Origin: Macrostomum lignano
Lineage: Eukaryota
Direction of reading: 5' to 3'
Length of the DNA: 64,000 nt
Assembly: GCA_002269645.1 (NCBI GenBank)
Contig: NIVC01000069.1
Coordinates: 124,001-188,000 of the forward strand
The translations under genes were made by a program, and so were the position numbers. Position 1 is the stretch's first letter, and every line of letters begins with the position of its first letter. This document shows, one piece after another, positions 24,951 to 53,747 of the stretch. The notes under the pieces were generated by a model. That model made no database searches, had not been told where the DNA came from, and saw only the letters and a program-made list of their open reading frames with translations.

Positions 24951-25299
24951 GTTTTTATTATCTATGGATTTGCATCATGATGAACTAAGTTGAGATTGAA
25001 GACTTAAGAGCTTAAAAAATCCTAAACAGGTGAGACCTGCTCAAGACTTGGATGAAGATTCCCGGAGAATTACAGCGAATTACGCGAATTACAGAGAATT
25101 ACAGAGAATTACAGCGTCCCACCCAATATATAGTATATTAAGCCCCATCCAGAGCTCCGACTAGATTGAGGAATGAATATCTATGAAAAATTGCTGCCAG
25201 AGGCATTTAAGTATTGGAAGACTACACTCTCATCTCTCCTCTCTTGCTCCCATCTCTTTTCTCTCGTCTTAAATCTCCCATCCCCCCTTAACCCAACTC

Positions 25300-25477
25300 T
25301 CCTATCTGAAGTCCAAGGTCCGTAGGCCCAGCCTGGTTCCTTCTGTCGGAGACAATAGCATCGGGGGTTCATCACCAGGGCGCCGAGGTACTGGAAGTCC
25401 TCACACGCCGTACGTGATGCCGTCTGAGTATATATCTCAATGGGTATGCCTCTATAATACTGCCTGATTATCTTCAT
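25300..25477 (-). mobile_element. Non-LTR retrotransposon (LINE, RTE-like) remnant, C-terminal part of reverse transcriptase
   Basis: Minus ORF contains CEDFQYLGALV, resembling the F(K/Q)YLG(S/A) motif at the end of LINE RT domains, followed by a degenerate ..W segment; abuts the MITE at 25486. Confidence 0.45.
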
Positions 25478-25487
25478 ACTACTAATA

Positions 25488-25887
25488 TTGGTTTTTGCAT
25501 GCTAAGTGAGACATTTTTCAAGCAATCTGAGACTGAATAGCAAAAACACTATTGTCTATGGCCACCCCTCGCTGCAGCCCAGCTTTTTGGGATCGCCTTG
25601 CAAGCAAAGTGAGAAATTTTTTAAAGCTAAGTGAGAACCATATTGAAAACAAAGGCTGGGCTATGACAAATCAACTGCGTCTAACAAGCAACCACCCCTT
25701 TTAATTTCGTAAAACCACCCCTTTGTTTTCAATATGGTTCTCACTTAGCTTTAAAAAATTTCTCACTTTGCTTGCAAGGCGATCCCAAAAAGCTGGGCTG
25801 CAGCGAGGGGTGGCCATAGACAATAGTGTTTTTGCTATTCAGTCTCAGATTGCTTGAAAAATGTCTCACTTAGCATGTAAAAACCAA
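25488..25887. mobile_element. Foldback MITE, 400 bp, ~168-bp near-perfect terminal inverted arms, 64-bp spacer, TA flanks
   Basis: 25486-25655 is the reverse complement of 25720-25889 (I saw one mismatch near the ends); TA on both sides (25486-87, 25888-89). Confidence 0.85.
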
Positions 25888-27235
25888 TACCAGTCAAATG
25901 CGTTTATTTGACTTCGGGTCGCGCAAAAAATGGCATTATTTATGGCTATGCCTCCCATCGACTGAATTCTAGAGCTTGGCAGTTAACACAACCTTGAATC
26001 GGTTTGGACCATAGACCATAGCAGGTTCTCTAGAGATATACTAAAAGACTATGTCTATTCAAATACACTAGCTCCCATTAGCCTAGTGTATTAGCCATCT
26101 ACTATGCTATAATCTATGGCCCAAACCCTCTGACCAATGATTGCAAGTTGACAACATTGCGCGCTTAAAAAGTTGTGTCGGCGCCAAGTCTGATGGATAC
26201 ACACACACGCACATCCATCCATAGACTCAATGAATCAATATAAATCAAATTAATAGTTGGATTTTTTATTACTCAACAGAGAGCAGTACGTGGTGACTAT
26301 TTTCTGCCTAATTAGGAAATTAATTAGGTATATGTGTAGTCGGGAGCAGCCATGAAGCTTTTTAGTTAATTACGATCAGCATAAACCCGCAAATATTCAA
26401 TAAAAATCGGTACGAGTACTAAGTTTTTTTTTTGTTTTTTGTTTGATTATTTCTATCAAATGTTCTTTACACACATGTTGTTGTTTAAATAAACAAACAC
26501 CGGAAGAATTGTGACTTTTTAACAATTTCCCGCGGTAGTTAACCTTGAAAATACAGGGCAATATTGGAAAAAATATAACATTTTTTTCTCTGAATAAATA
26601 TGCAGATAAAATGCATTTTTACGATCATCACCGAACTCTTCACCGTAAAAAAATCAACAGCTAAACTTTTATAACCGGTTATAAAAGTATAATTGCATTG
26701 TTACACAGTGCGTAATATACATGCTAGTCCAGCTTACTCAAACTATATGACCCCTTGGCTCACAGTAGCGGCATTACACAGCTTCATCATAAATTATTGT
26801 TACCATGCATGCGTTCTGATGACCTATCGGCCCATAATTGGGCAGAGCCGTGCTGTCTGCTGGTGGTATGAGGGAGTCTGCGAGAGGGTTGGGTCGCAGC
26901 GAGGGAGCATCATCAGCTCCTGCTGAATGGGAACGGGTGAGGCCTCAGTCCATAACATGTATAGCTGCTGTACAAAAGCTCCATTGAGAAGGCAATACCA
27001 GCTCCATCTTTACTGTTGGCATCAGTTCTGCGTCCCCCCCGCCCAAGGCTTATGAAATTCCATCCCAGAGGCCAGACTAAAGCTAAAGTGTAATACCGCC
27101 TCCACAGGGCTGAATCTTTTAGCTGGCTTACCTTTGTTCTCTAGTGCCGTTGATCTCCGAGGGAATATTGCGTGACTGCGACTGTGGATCTCTGATTTGC
27201 CTTCATCTGACTCCCACTGAGTTCCCTTACTTCCA

Positions 27236-30200
27236 ATGCAATCTATCCATAATAGACACAAATCTATCCATTATCGAATTGAATCTATCCATTATCGAAT
27301 TGAATCTATCCATTATCCAATTGAATCTGTCCATTATCCATTATCGAATTGAATCTATCCATTATCCAATTGAATCTGTCCATTATCCATTATCTAATTG
27401 AATCTATCCATAATAGACACAAATCTATCCATTATCGAATTGAATCTATCCATTATCCAATTGAATCTATCCATTATCCATTATCCAATTGAATATATCC
27501 ATAATAGACACAAATCTATCCATTATCGAATTGAATCTATCCATTATCCAATTGAATCTATCCATTAACCAATTGAATCTATCCATTATCCAATTGAATC
27601 TATCTATTAACCAATTGAATCTATCCATTATCCAATTGAATCTATCCATCATCGAATTGAATCTATCCATTATTCAATTGAATCTATCCCTTATCTAATT
27701 GAATCTATCCATTATCCAATTGAATCTATCCATTATCGAATTGAATCTATCCATTATCCAATTGAATCTATCCATTATCCAATTGAATCTATCCATCATC
27801 GAATTGAATCTATCCATTATTCAATTGAATCTATCCCTTATCTAATTGAATCTATCCATTATCGAATTGAATCTATCCATCATCGAATTGAATCTATCCA
27901 TTATTCAATTGAATCTATCCCTTATCTAATTGAATCTATCCATTATCCAATTGAATCTATCCATTATCGAATTGAATCTATCCATTATCCAATTGAATCT
28001 ATCCATTATCCAATTGAATCTATCCATCATCGAATTGAATCTATCCATTATTCAATTGAATCTATCCCTTATCTAATTGAATCTATCCATTATCGAATTG
28101 AATCTATCCATCATCGAATTGAATCTATCCATTATTCAATTGAATCTATCCCTTATCTAATTGAATCTATCCCTTATCGAATTGAATCTATCCATTATCC
28201 AATTGAATCTATCCATCATCGAATTGAATCTATCCATTATTCAATTGAATCTATCCCTTATCTAATTGAATCTATCCATTATCCAATTGAATCTATCCAT
28301 TATCGAATTGAATCTATCCATTATCCAATTGAATCTATCCATTATCCAATTGAATCTATCCATCATCGAATTGAATCTATCCATTATTCAATTGAATCTA
28401 TCCCTTATCTAATTGAATCTATCCATTATCCAATTGAATCTATCCATTATCGAATTGAATCTATCCATTATCCAATTGAATCTATCCATTATCGAATTGA
28501 ATCTATCCATTATCCAATGGAATCTATCCATTATCGAATTGAATCTATCCATTATCCAATTGAATCTATCCATTATCCAATTGAATCTATCCATTAACCA
28601 ATTGAATCTATCCATTATCCAATTGAATCTATCCATTAACCAATTGAATCTATCCATTATCCAATTGAATCTATCCATTAACCAATTGAATCTATCCATT
28701 ATCCAATTGAATCTATCCATCATCGAATTGAATCTATCCATTAACCAATTGAATCTATCCATTATCCAATTGAATCTATCCATTATCCAATTGAATCTAT
28801 CTATTAACCAATTGAATCTATCCATTATCCAATTGAATCTATCCATCATCGAATTGAATCTATCCATTATTCAATTGAATCTATCCCTTATCTAATTGAA
28901 TCTATCCATTATCCAATTGAATCTATCCATCATCCAATGGAATCTATCCATTATCCAATGGAATCTATCCATTATCCAATGGAATCTATCCATTATCCAA
29001 TTGAATCTATCCATTATCCAATGGAATCTATCCATTATCCAATGGAATCAATCCATCATCCAATGGAATCTATCCATCATCCAATGGAATCTATCCATTA
29101 TGCAATTGAATCTATCCATCATCCAATGGAATCTATCCATTATCCAATGGAATCTATCCATTATCCAATTGAATCTATCCATTATCCAATGGAATCTATC
29201 CATTATCCAATGGAATCTATCCATTATCCAATGGAATCTATCCATCATCCAATGGAATCTATCCATCATCCAATGGAATCTATCCATTATGCAATTGAAT
29301 CTATCCATCATCCAATGGAATCTATCCATTATCCAATGGAATCTATCCATTATCCAATGGAATCTATCCATTATCCAATGGAATCTATCCATTATCCAAT
29401 TGAATCTATCCATCATCCAATGGAATCTATCCATTATCCAATTGAATCTATCCATTATCCAATGGAATCTATCCATTATCCAATGGAATCTATCCAATAT
29501 GCAATTGAATTTATCCATTATCCAATTGAATCTATCTATCATCCAATGGAATCTATCCATTATGCAATTGAATCTATCCATCATCCAATGGAATATATCC
29601 ATTATCTAATTGAATCTATCCATTATGCAATTGAATTTGTCCATCATCCAATTGAATCTATCCATTATCCAATTGAATCTATCCATTATATCCATTATCC
29701 AATTGAATCTATCCATCATCCAATTGAATCTATCCATTATCCAATTGAATTTATCCATTATCCAATTGAATCTATCTATCATCCAATGGAATCTATCCAT
29801 TATGCAATTGAATCTATCCATCATCCAATGGAATATATCCATTATCTAATTGAATCTATCCATTATGCAATTGAATTTGTCCATCATCCAATTGAATCTA
29901 TCCATTATCCAATTGAATCTATCCATTATATCCATTATCCAATTGAATCTATCCATTATATCCATTATCCAATTGAATCTATCCATCATCCAATTGAATC
30001 TATCCATTATCCAATTGAATCTATCCATTATCCAATTGAATCTATCCATTATCCAATTTAATCTATCCATTATCCAATTGAATCTATCCATTATCCAATT
30101 GAATCTATCCATTATCCAATTGAATCTATCCATTATCCAATTGAATCTATCCATTATCCAATGGAATCTATCCATTATCCAATGGAATCTATCCATTATC

Positions 30201-31100
30201 CAATGGAATCTATCCATCATCCAATGGAATCTATCCATCATCCAATGGAATCTATCCATTATGCAATTGAATCTATTCATCATCCAATGGAATCTATCCA
30301 TTATCCAATGGAATCTATCCATTATCCAATGGAATCTATCCATTATCCAATGGAATCTATCCATTATCCAATGGAATCTATCCAATATGCAATTGAATTT
30401 ATCCATTATCCAATTGAATCTATCTATCATCCAATGGAATCTATCCATTATGCAATTGAATCTATCCATCATCCAATGGAATATATCCATTATCTAATTG
30501 AATCTATCCATTATGCAATTGAATTTGTCCATCATCCAATTGAATCTATCCATTATCCAATTGAATCTATCCATCATCCAATTGAATCTATCCATTATCC
30601 AATTGAATCTATCCATTATCCAATTGAATCTATCCATTATCCAATTGAATCTATCCATTATCCAATTGAATCTATCCATTATCCAATTGAATCTATCCAT
30701 TATCCAATTGAATCTATCCATTATCCAATTGAATCTATCCATCATCGAATTGAATCTATCCATTATTCAATTGAATCTATCCCTTATCTAATTGAATCTA
30801 TCCATTATCCAATTGAATCTATCCATCATCCAATGGAATCTATCCATTATCCAATTGAATCTATCCCTTATCTAATTGAATCTATCCATCATCCAATGGA
30901 ATCTATCCATCATCCAATGGAATCTATCCATTATCCAATTGAATCTATCCCTTATCTAATTGAATCTATCCATCATCCAATTGAATCTATCCATCATCCA
31001 ATGGAATCTATCCATTATCCAATTGAATCTATCCCTTATCTAATTGAATCTATCCATCATCCAATGGAATCTATCCATTATCTAATTGAATCTACCCACT
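27236..31100. repeat. Satellite, 21-bp unit AATTGAATCTATCCATTATCC, ~180 copies with variant blocks
   Basis: Direct reading; source of the NLSIIQL / ESIHYP / MDRFNW pseudo-ORFs. Confidence 0.97.
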
Positions 31101-31507
31101 ATCCGCTTAAATGTATCTATTATTCAAAAAATCATATTTGGCAGTGCATTTCATAATTTTATTCATTTGTACCGACCAGAAAACTCTGTGTCGGAATGTT
31201 CCCTTCTCTTTTTCTCTCTCTCCTCGTCATGTCGGTCTGTACCCGATTGCCACCCAGTGACTGCTTCTCATCTCTTCCTCATCCGGCACAGGGCAGAGCA
31301 ATGGCGCCGTGCACTGTCCAATCAGCTCCCAAATCGATTCTCCAGCTGAGGTGGGTGTCGCTCTGATCCCCAGAGCTTATGCAGATAAAAAATGGTCCCG
31401 AGACAGTTTCATTGTTTAAAATACCCGGATGGCATTTTGGATGCCATTTTTTCCAGCCAGCAGTCAGAAACCGACGCTAATTCTCCTTTTGTGCCGAGAG
31501 TTGAAGC

Positions 31508-48269
<16,762 letters not shown>

Positions 48270-48294
48270 GTGAGTACGAAGACTCTTGCCAATG

Positions 48295-49330
48295 AGGAGT
48301 CAGGAGATACAGTGGGATGTCAGGAGATACAGTGGGGTGTCAGGAGGTACAGTGGGATGTCAGGAGATACAGTGGGGTGTCAGGAGATACAGTGGGGTGT
48401 CAGGAGGTACAGTGGGATGTCAGGAGGTACAGTGGGATGTCAGGAGATACAGTGGGATGTCAGGAGATACAGTGGAATGTCAGGAGATCCAGTGGAATGT
48501 CAGGAAGTACAGTGGGGCGTCAGGACTCAGGAGATACAGCGGGGTGTCAGGAGATACAGCGGGGTGTCAGGAGATACAGCGGAGTGTCAGGAGATACAGT
48601 GGGGTGTCAGGAGATACAGCGGGGTGTCAGGAGATACAGTGGGGTGTCAGGAGATACAGTGGGGTGTCAGGAGATCCAGTGGAATGTCACAGGAGATACA
48701 GTGGGGTGTCAGGAGATACAGCGGGGTGTCAGGAGATGCAGCTGGGTGTCAGGAGATACAGTGGGGTGTAAGGAGATACAGCGGGGTGTCAGGAGATACA
48801 GTGGGGTGTCAGGAGATACAGCGGGGTGTCAGGAGATACAGCAGGGTGTCAGGAGATACAGCTGGGTGTCAGGAGATACAGTGGGGTGTCAGGAGATACA
48901 GTGGGGTGTCAGGAGATACAGCAGGGTGTCAGGAGATACAGCTGGGTGTCAGGAGATACAGCTGGGTGTCAGGAGATACAGCTGGGTGTCAGGAGATACA
49001 GCTGGGTGTCAGGAGATACAGCAGGGTGTCAGGAGATACAGTGGGGTGTCAGGAGATACAGCAGGGTGTCAGGAGATACAGTGGGGTGTCAGGAGATACA
49101 GTGGGGTGTCAGGAGATACAGTGGGGTGTCAGGAGATACAGCAGGGTGTCAGGAGATACAGTGGGGTGTCAGGAGATACAGCTGGGTGTCAGGAGATACA
49201 GTGGGGTGTCATGAGATACAGTGGGGTGTCAGGAGATACAGTGGGGTGTCAGGAGATACAGCAGGGTGTCAGGAGATACAGCTGGGTGTCAGGAGATACA
49301 GTGGGGTGTAAGGAGATACAGCGGGGTGTG
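48295..49330. repeat. Minisatellite after SOL-1-like exon 8, 20-bp unit GTCAGGAGATACAGTGGGGT
   Basis: Direct reading. Confidence 0.95.
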
Positions 49331-50504
49331 GGCAATTCACACAGACATCAGACGTCATAAAAATGCCAACCGTAAACCCCAGGTGTACACCTGTCTCACC
49401 TGGCTGGCGAGGATGGAGGTTATAATTCTGCGGAGAAGCCTACACCTCTGATTCTGAGACCAGTTAATCTGGTTTCAACAATTTTAACAGCTGCAATCGT
49501 TATCTGCAGAGAAAGAATCAACCATTTGTAGTTTTTGAAAAGTTAAAACTATGCAGTAATTAAATCAATGATTATAACAGCATGCAATAAAATGCAACGT
49601 ACAATATAAGGCATTGTGTTGATTAATTTAGATAAATTCATAATTGTTGCACTTAAAGTTTCACTTTCTACCGACTTGTTATCAGCAAATCTCGCATTTT
49701 TCTCTTAGGCACCCAACCCGATTTCTAGATTAGATATATTTATTAATTAACTTTTTATTGAGTCTACATATTGCTCGTATTTGAGCAATAATTTTCTTCT
49801 ATTACTATGCTTCATTTTATTATCAAAATAGATAATTACTTGCACGCGATGGTTTATTTATACATATTTTTATTTCTATACGGAAATAAATGCACTTGTA
49901 TTACTCTTCTTACTACATGTAGGAACGCAAAGCATTAAACGATTCACTCCTTATTTTGCTACTGAGCAGTAGTGCACGTCGGATATTACCATCACAAAAT
50001 CGGTGTTGTATTGGAAACTTCTTCAAAAAACATTTTTTCAATTTTGTTAGTTTGCTAATTGCTGCGTTTTGCCAAACTGCATTTCAGCAATGCCTCATAA
50101 TACGAGCTATTATCTATTCTTCATCAAATCTGCGATGCGCTCATTTCGCTTTATCATTAATTTTAAATTACTCCTAATCGAATTCAAATTAGCGCCAAAT
50201 TCGTTACAATTAAACAATACGTTTCGAGGCGCCGATTCAAATTGCTTGGATTAACGTAAAAAAACTTGTAATTTGGAAGTTGATTTTCATTTTTTCAGCA
50301 AAAAAAATACCTTTTTTGCGTTTCTTTTCTTGCCCTGGTATTTTAATTTGTTCCTAATTGTTTCTAATGCAATAAATCAGATAGCATCCAAAGCGAATAA
50401 TAAATACTACTTAAATATGAAAACCCGGCCATCAATTCGTTGCTGTATTAGCAGTTAATTATTTTATTTTTTAAAACTATACTCGTTTTTTCTGTTTATA
50501 TATG

Positions 50505-50665
50505 CAGAGGAAGATGGGGGAGAGAGAAAGGTAGAGAGGGAGAGATGAAGAGAAAGAAGAGAGAGTGAGAGAGAGAGGAAGAGAAAAAGGGAGAGAGAGA
50601 GGGAGACAGGGAGGGAGAGATGGAGGAAGGGAGAAAGGGAAGAAGGGGGAGGGAGGGAGAGGATC
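50505..50665. repeat. Short GA-rich low-complexity tract
   Basis: Direct reading. Confidence 0.8.
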
Positions 50666-51363
50666 CAAATCAAGTTTGAGTTAAAATAAGTGAACAACAA
50701 TACAAAAATGAGAACATATTTGCCAGAAATCATAATCGCGGTAAATAAAAGACAGAAAGAACTTGGACACACGAGATAGAAGTGCGAGAGAGAAGCAGAA
50801 CGATCACAGATAGCTTTGCTAAAATCCAATATATTTTTAGTCCGGCTCTGCCCACTCGAGTATAACAAAAAATAGACAACACAAAAACAAAAACAAACGA
50901 AAACTAAAAATATAAATGACACTAGATAAAAGACAAAAAATTAATAACTTCTGTGTCTCATACACATAAAAGTAGCTTTTGTACTTATAAAGCAAAACAG
51001 TTAGAGGCAGCTGGGAAATAAACAACAATAAACAACAATAAACAAAAATGAACAACAATAAACAACAATAAACAAAAATAAACATGGAAATATCATTTAG
51101 GCAAGGGAGTAAAACAAATAATAAAAAGTATTAATTAAAATTATCGAATGATCCGCATTAAGTCTATAAATATTTGTTTATCCTAGCAGCCAAGATTTTA
51201 CAATTATTGACAAGAAATTCTCGATAAATTCTCAATAAAAGAACACAATAAATATGATTCTCGAAAATCCCGGTCGAAATTGCAACCCTATTCGTTATAA
51301 ATACACATGCAAGAGACAAAATTAATTTTACATGTCGGAAGAGTTTTAAAGAAAAAAAGGAAT

Positions 51364-52415
51364 TCTAACAGGTAATTAACCCCATATCTAACAGGTAATT
51401 AACCCCATATCTAACAGGTAATTAACCCCATATCTAACAGGTAATTAACCCCATATCTAACAGGTAATTAACCCCATATCTAACAGGTAATTAACCCCAT
51501 ATCTAACAGGTAATTAACCCCATATCTAACAGGTAATTAACCCCATATCTAACAGGTAATTAACCCCATATCTAACAGGTAATTAACCCCATATCTAACA
51601 GGTAATTGACCCCATATCTAACAGGTAATTAACCTCATATCTAACAGGTAATTAACCCCATATCTAACAGGTAATTAACCCCATATCTAACAGGTAATTA
51701 ACCCCATATCTAACAGGTAATTAACCCCATATCTAACAGGTAATTGACCCCATATCTAACAGGTAATTAACCTCATATCTAACAGGTAATTAACCCCATA
51801 TCTAACAGGTAATTAACCCCATATCTAACAGGCAATTAAACCCCATATCTAACGGGTAATTAACCTCATATCTAACAGGTAATTAACCCCATATCTAACA
51901 GGCAATTAAACCCCATATCTTACAGGTAATTAACCCCATATCTAACAGGCAATTAAACCCCATATCTTACAGGTAATTAACCCCATATCTAAAGGATAAT
52001 TAACTTCATATCTAACAGGCAATTAACCCCATATCTAACAGGTAATTGACCCCATATCTAACAGGTAATTAACCTCATATCTAACAGGTAATTAACCCCA
52101 TATCTAACAGGTAATTAACCCCATATCTAACAGGCAATTAAACCCCATATCTAACGGGTAATTAACCTCATATCTAACAGGTAATTAACCCCATATCTAA
52201 CAGGCAATTAAACCCCATATCTTACAGGTAATTAACCCCATATCTAACAGGCAATTAAACCCCATATCTTACAGGTAATTAACCCCATATCTAAAGGATA
52301 ATTAACTTCATATCTAACAGGCAATTAACCCCATATCTAACAGGTAATTAACCCAATATCTAACAGATAATTAACCTCATATCTAACAGGTAATTAACCT
52401 CATATCTAACAGGCT
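51364..52415. repeat. Minisatellite, 23-bp unit CTAACAGGTAATTAACCCCATAT, ~45 copies
   Basis: Direct reading; lies between the convergent SOL-1-like and calcineurin B 3' ends. Confidence 0.96.
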
Positions 52416-52617
52416 ATTAATCTGATTTGTTATAACAAAAACACGAAAGTATTGTGTTATAAATAAATATAACAAAACTATGACAGACAATTGAGGATTC
52501 CTGGGATAAATTGAAAGCAAGGAAACATAATAGGAAATAATAGTAATACGAAGTTGATTAATTAATTATCGTAGTACTACGCACAAGGAAAGAATGAACA
52601 CTCCTTAACACGCCTGT

Positions 52618-53747
52618 TTAAATATCTACAACCATTTTCTTGTGAACGTCGAGTCCACTGACCACGTCGCGGAATTCTTCAAAGGAAATTCTGCCGTCTC
52701 CATCCTTGTCGGCAAAGATAATTGTCTTGTCCACTATTTGCTGCAGCTGGCTGTCTTTCAGGTTGTTGCCAACCATCATCTTCAGCACCTGGTAGGGGGT
52801 ATGGGTGGCGTGAAAGTTATCTGTCACTCTAGAAGTATCTGTCACTCTACCAGTATCTGTCACTCTACAAGTATCTGTCACTCTACCAGTATCTGTCACT
52901 CTACAAGTATCTGTCACTCTACAAGTATCTATCACTCTACAAGTATCTGTCACTCTACAAGTATCTGTCACTCTACAGGTATCTGTCACTTTACAAGTAT
53001 CTGTCACTCTACCAGTATTTGTCACTCTACCAGTATCTGTCACTCTACCAGTATCTGTCACTCTACCAGTATTTGTCACTCTACCAGTATCTGTCACTCT
53101 ACCAGTATCTGTCACTCTACCAGTATCTGTCACTCTACAAGTATCTATCACTCTACAAGTATCTGTCACTCTACAAGTATCTGTCACTCTACAAGTATCT
53201 GTCACTCTACAGGTATCTGTCACTTTACAAGTATCTGTCACTCTACCAGTATTTGTCACTCTACCAGTATCTGTCACTCTACATACAAGCATCTGTCACT
53301 CTCGCAACATCTGTCAGTCTCTTAGTTGTCACTCTAACTTCCCGATTTCTGTCTGTGCACCCCATCGCCTGTCCTGATATACTGGATCCCTATGGAGGCC
53401 ACAGGACCCACCTGGAACAGCTCCCCATTGCAGATATAGCCGTCCATGTCAATATCGTAGATCTGGAAGGCAAACCGAAGCTTTGCCTCTTCATTTCCGC
53501 GTACAGAGAACTGAGAAACGCCATCGATAAACTCTTTGAAATCGACTTCACCGTTCTGATCTGTATCGAAGATGTCAATGACTCTCTGCACCAGCGGATT
53601 CTGTTGAAGTTCAGGCAGTGACATGAACTCGTCAACTGACAGACTGCCCGAGCCATCGAGGTCAAGCTTCTTGAATCGTTTGCCAAGACGTTTTAATTCT
53701 TCAAGGTCGAAGTTAGTGCACATTTCAACTGGCAGTGTGTTACCCAT
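52618..53747 (-). CDS. PPP3R1: Calcineurin subunit B (PP2B regulatory subunit), 168 aa; exons 53747-53412 and 52788-52618
   Basis: [41 protein letters not shown]...[24 protein letters not shown]...ELFQ|[39 protein letters not shown]...VHKKMVVDI; four EF hands, Gly2 myristoylation site, phase-0 GT-AG intron. Confidence 0.97.
52818..53310. repeat. Minisatellite in the calcineurin B intron, 18-bp unit GTCACTCTACCAGTATCT
   Basis: Direct reading. Confidence 0.95.

Noticed and set aside
27467-31156. Many long ORFs (NLSIIQL, ESIHYP, MDRFNW)
   Set aside because: Artefacts of a 21-bp unit (multiple of three), open on both strands.
49345-49451. Terminal exon of the SOL-1-like gene
   Set aside because: An in-phase acceptor exists, but the peptide has no TM or conserved motif; not supportable without cDNA.
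52618-53292. 224-aa ORF with RVTDTC repeats fused to EF hands
   Set aside because: The repeat part is the calcineurin B intron; the exon starts at 52788.
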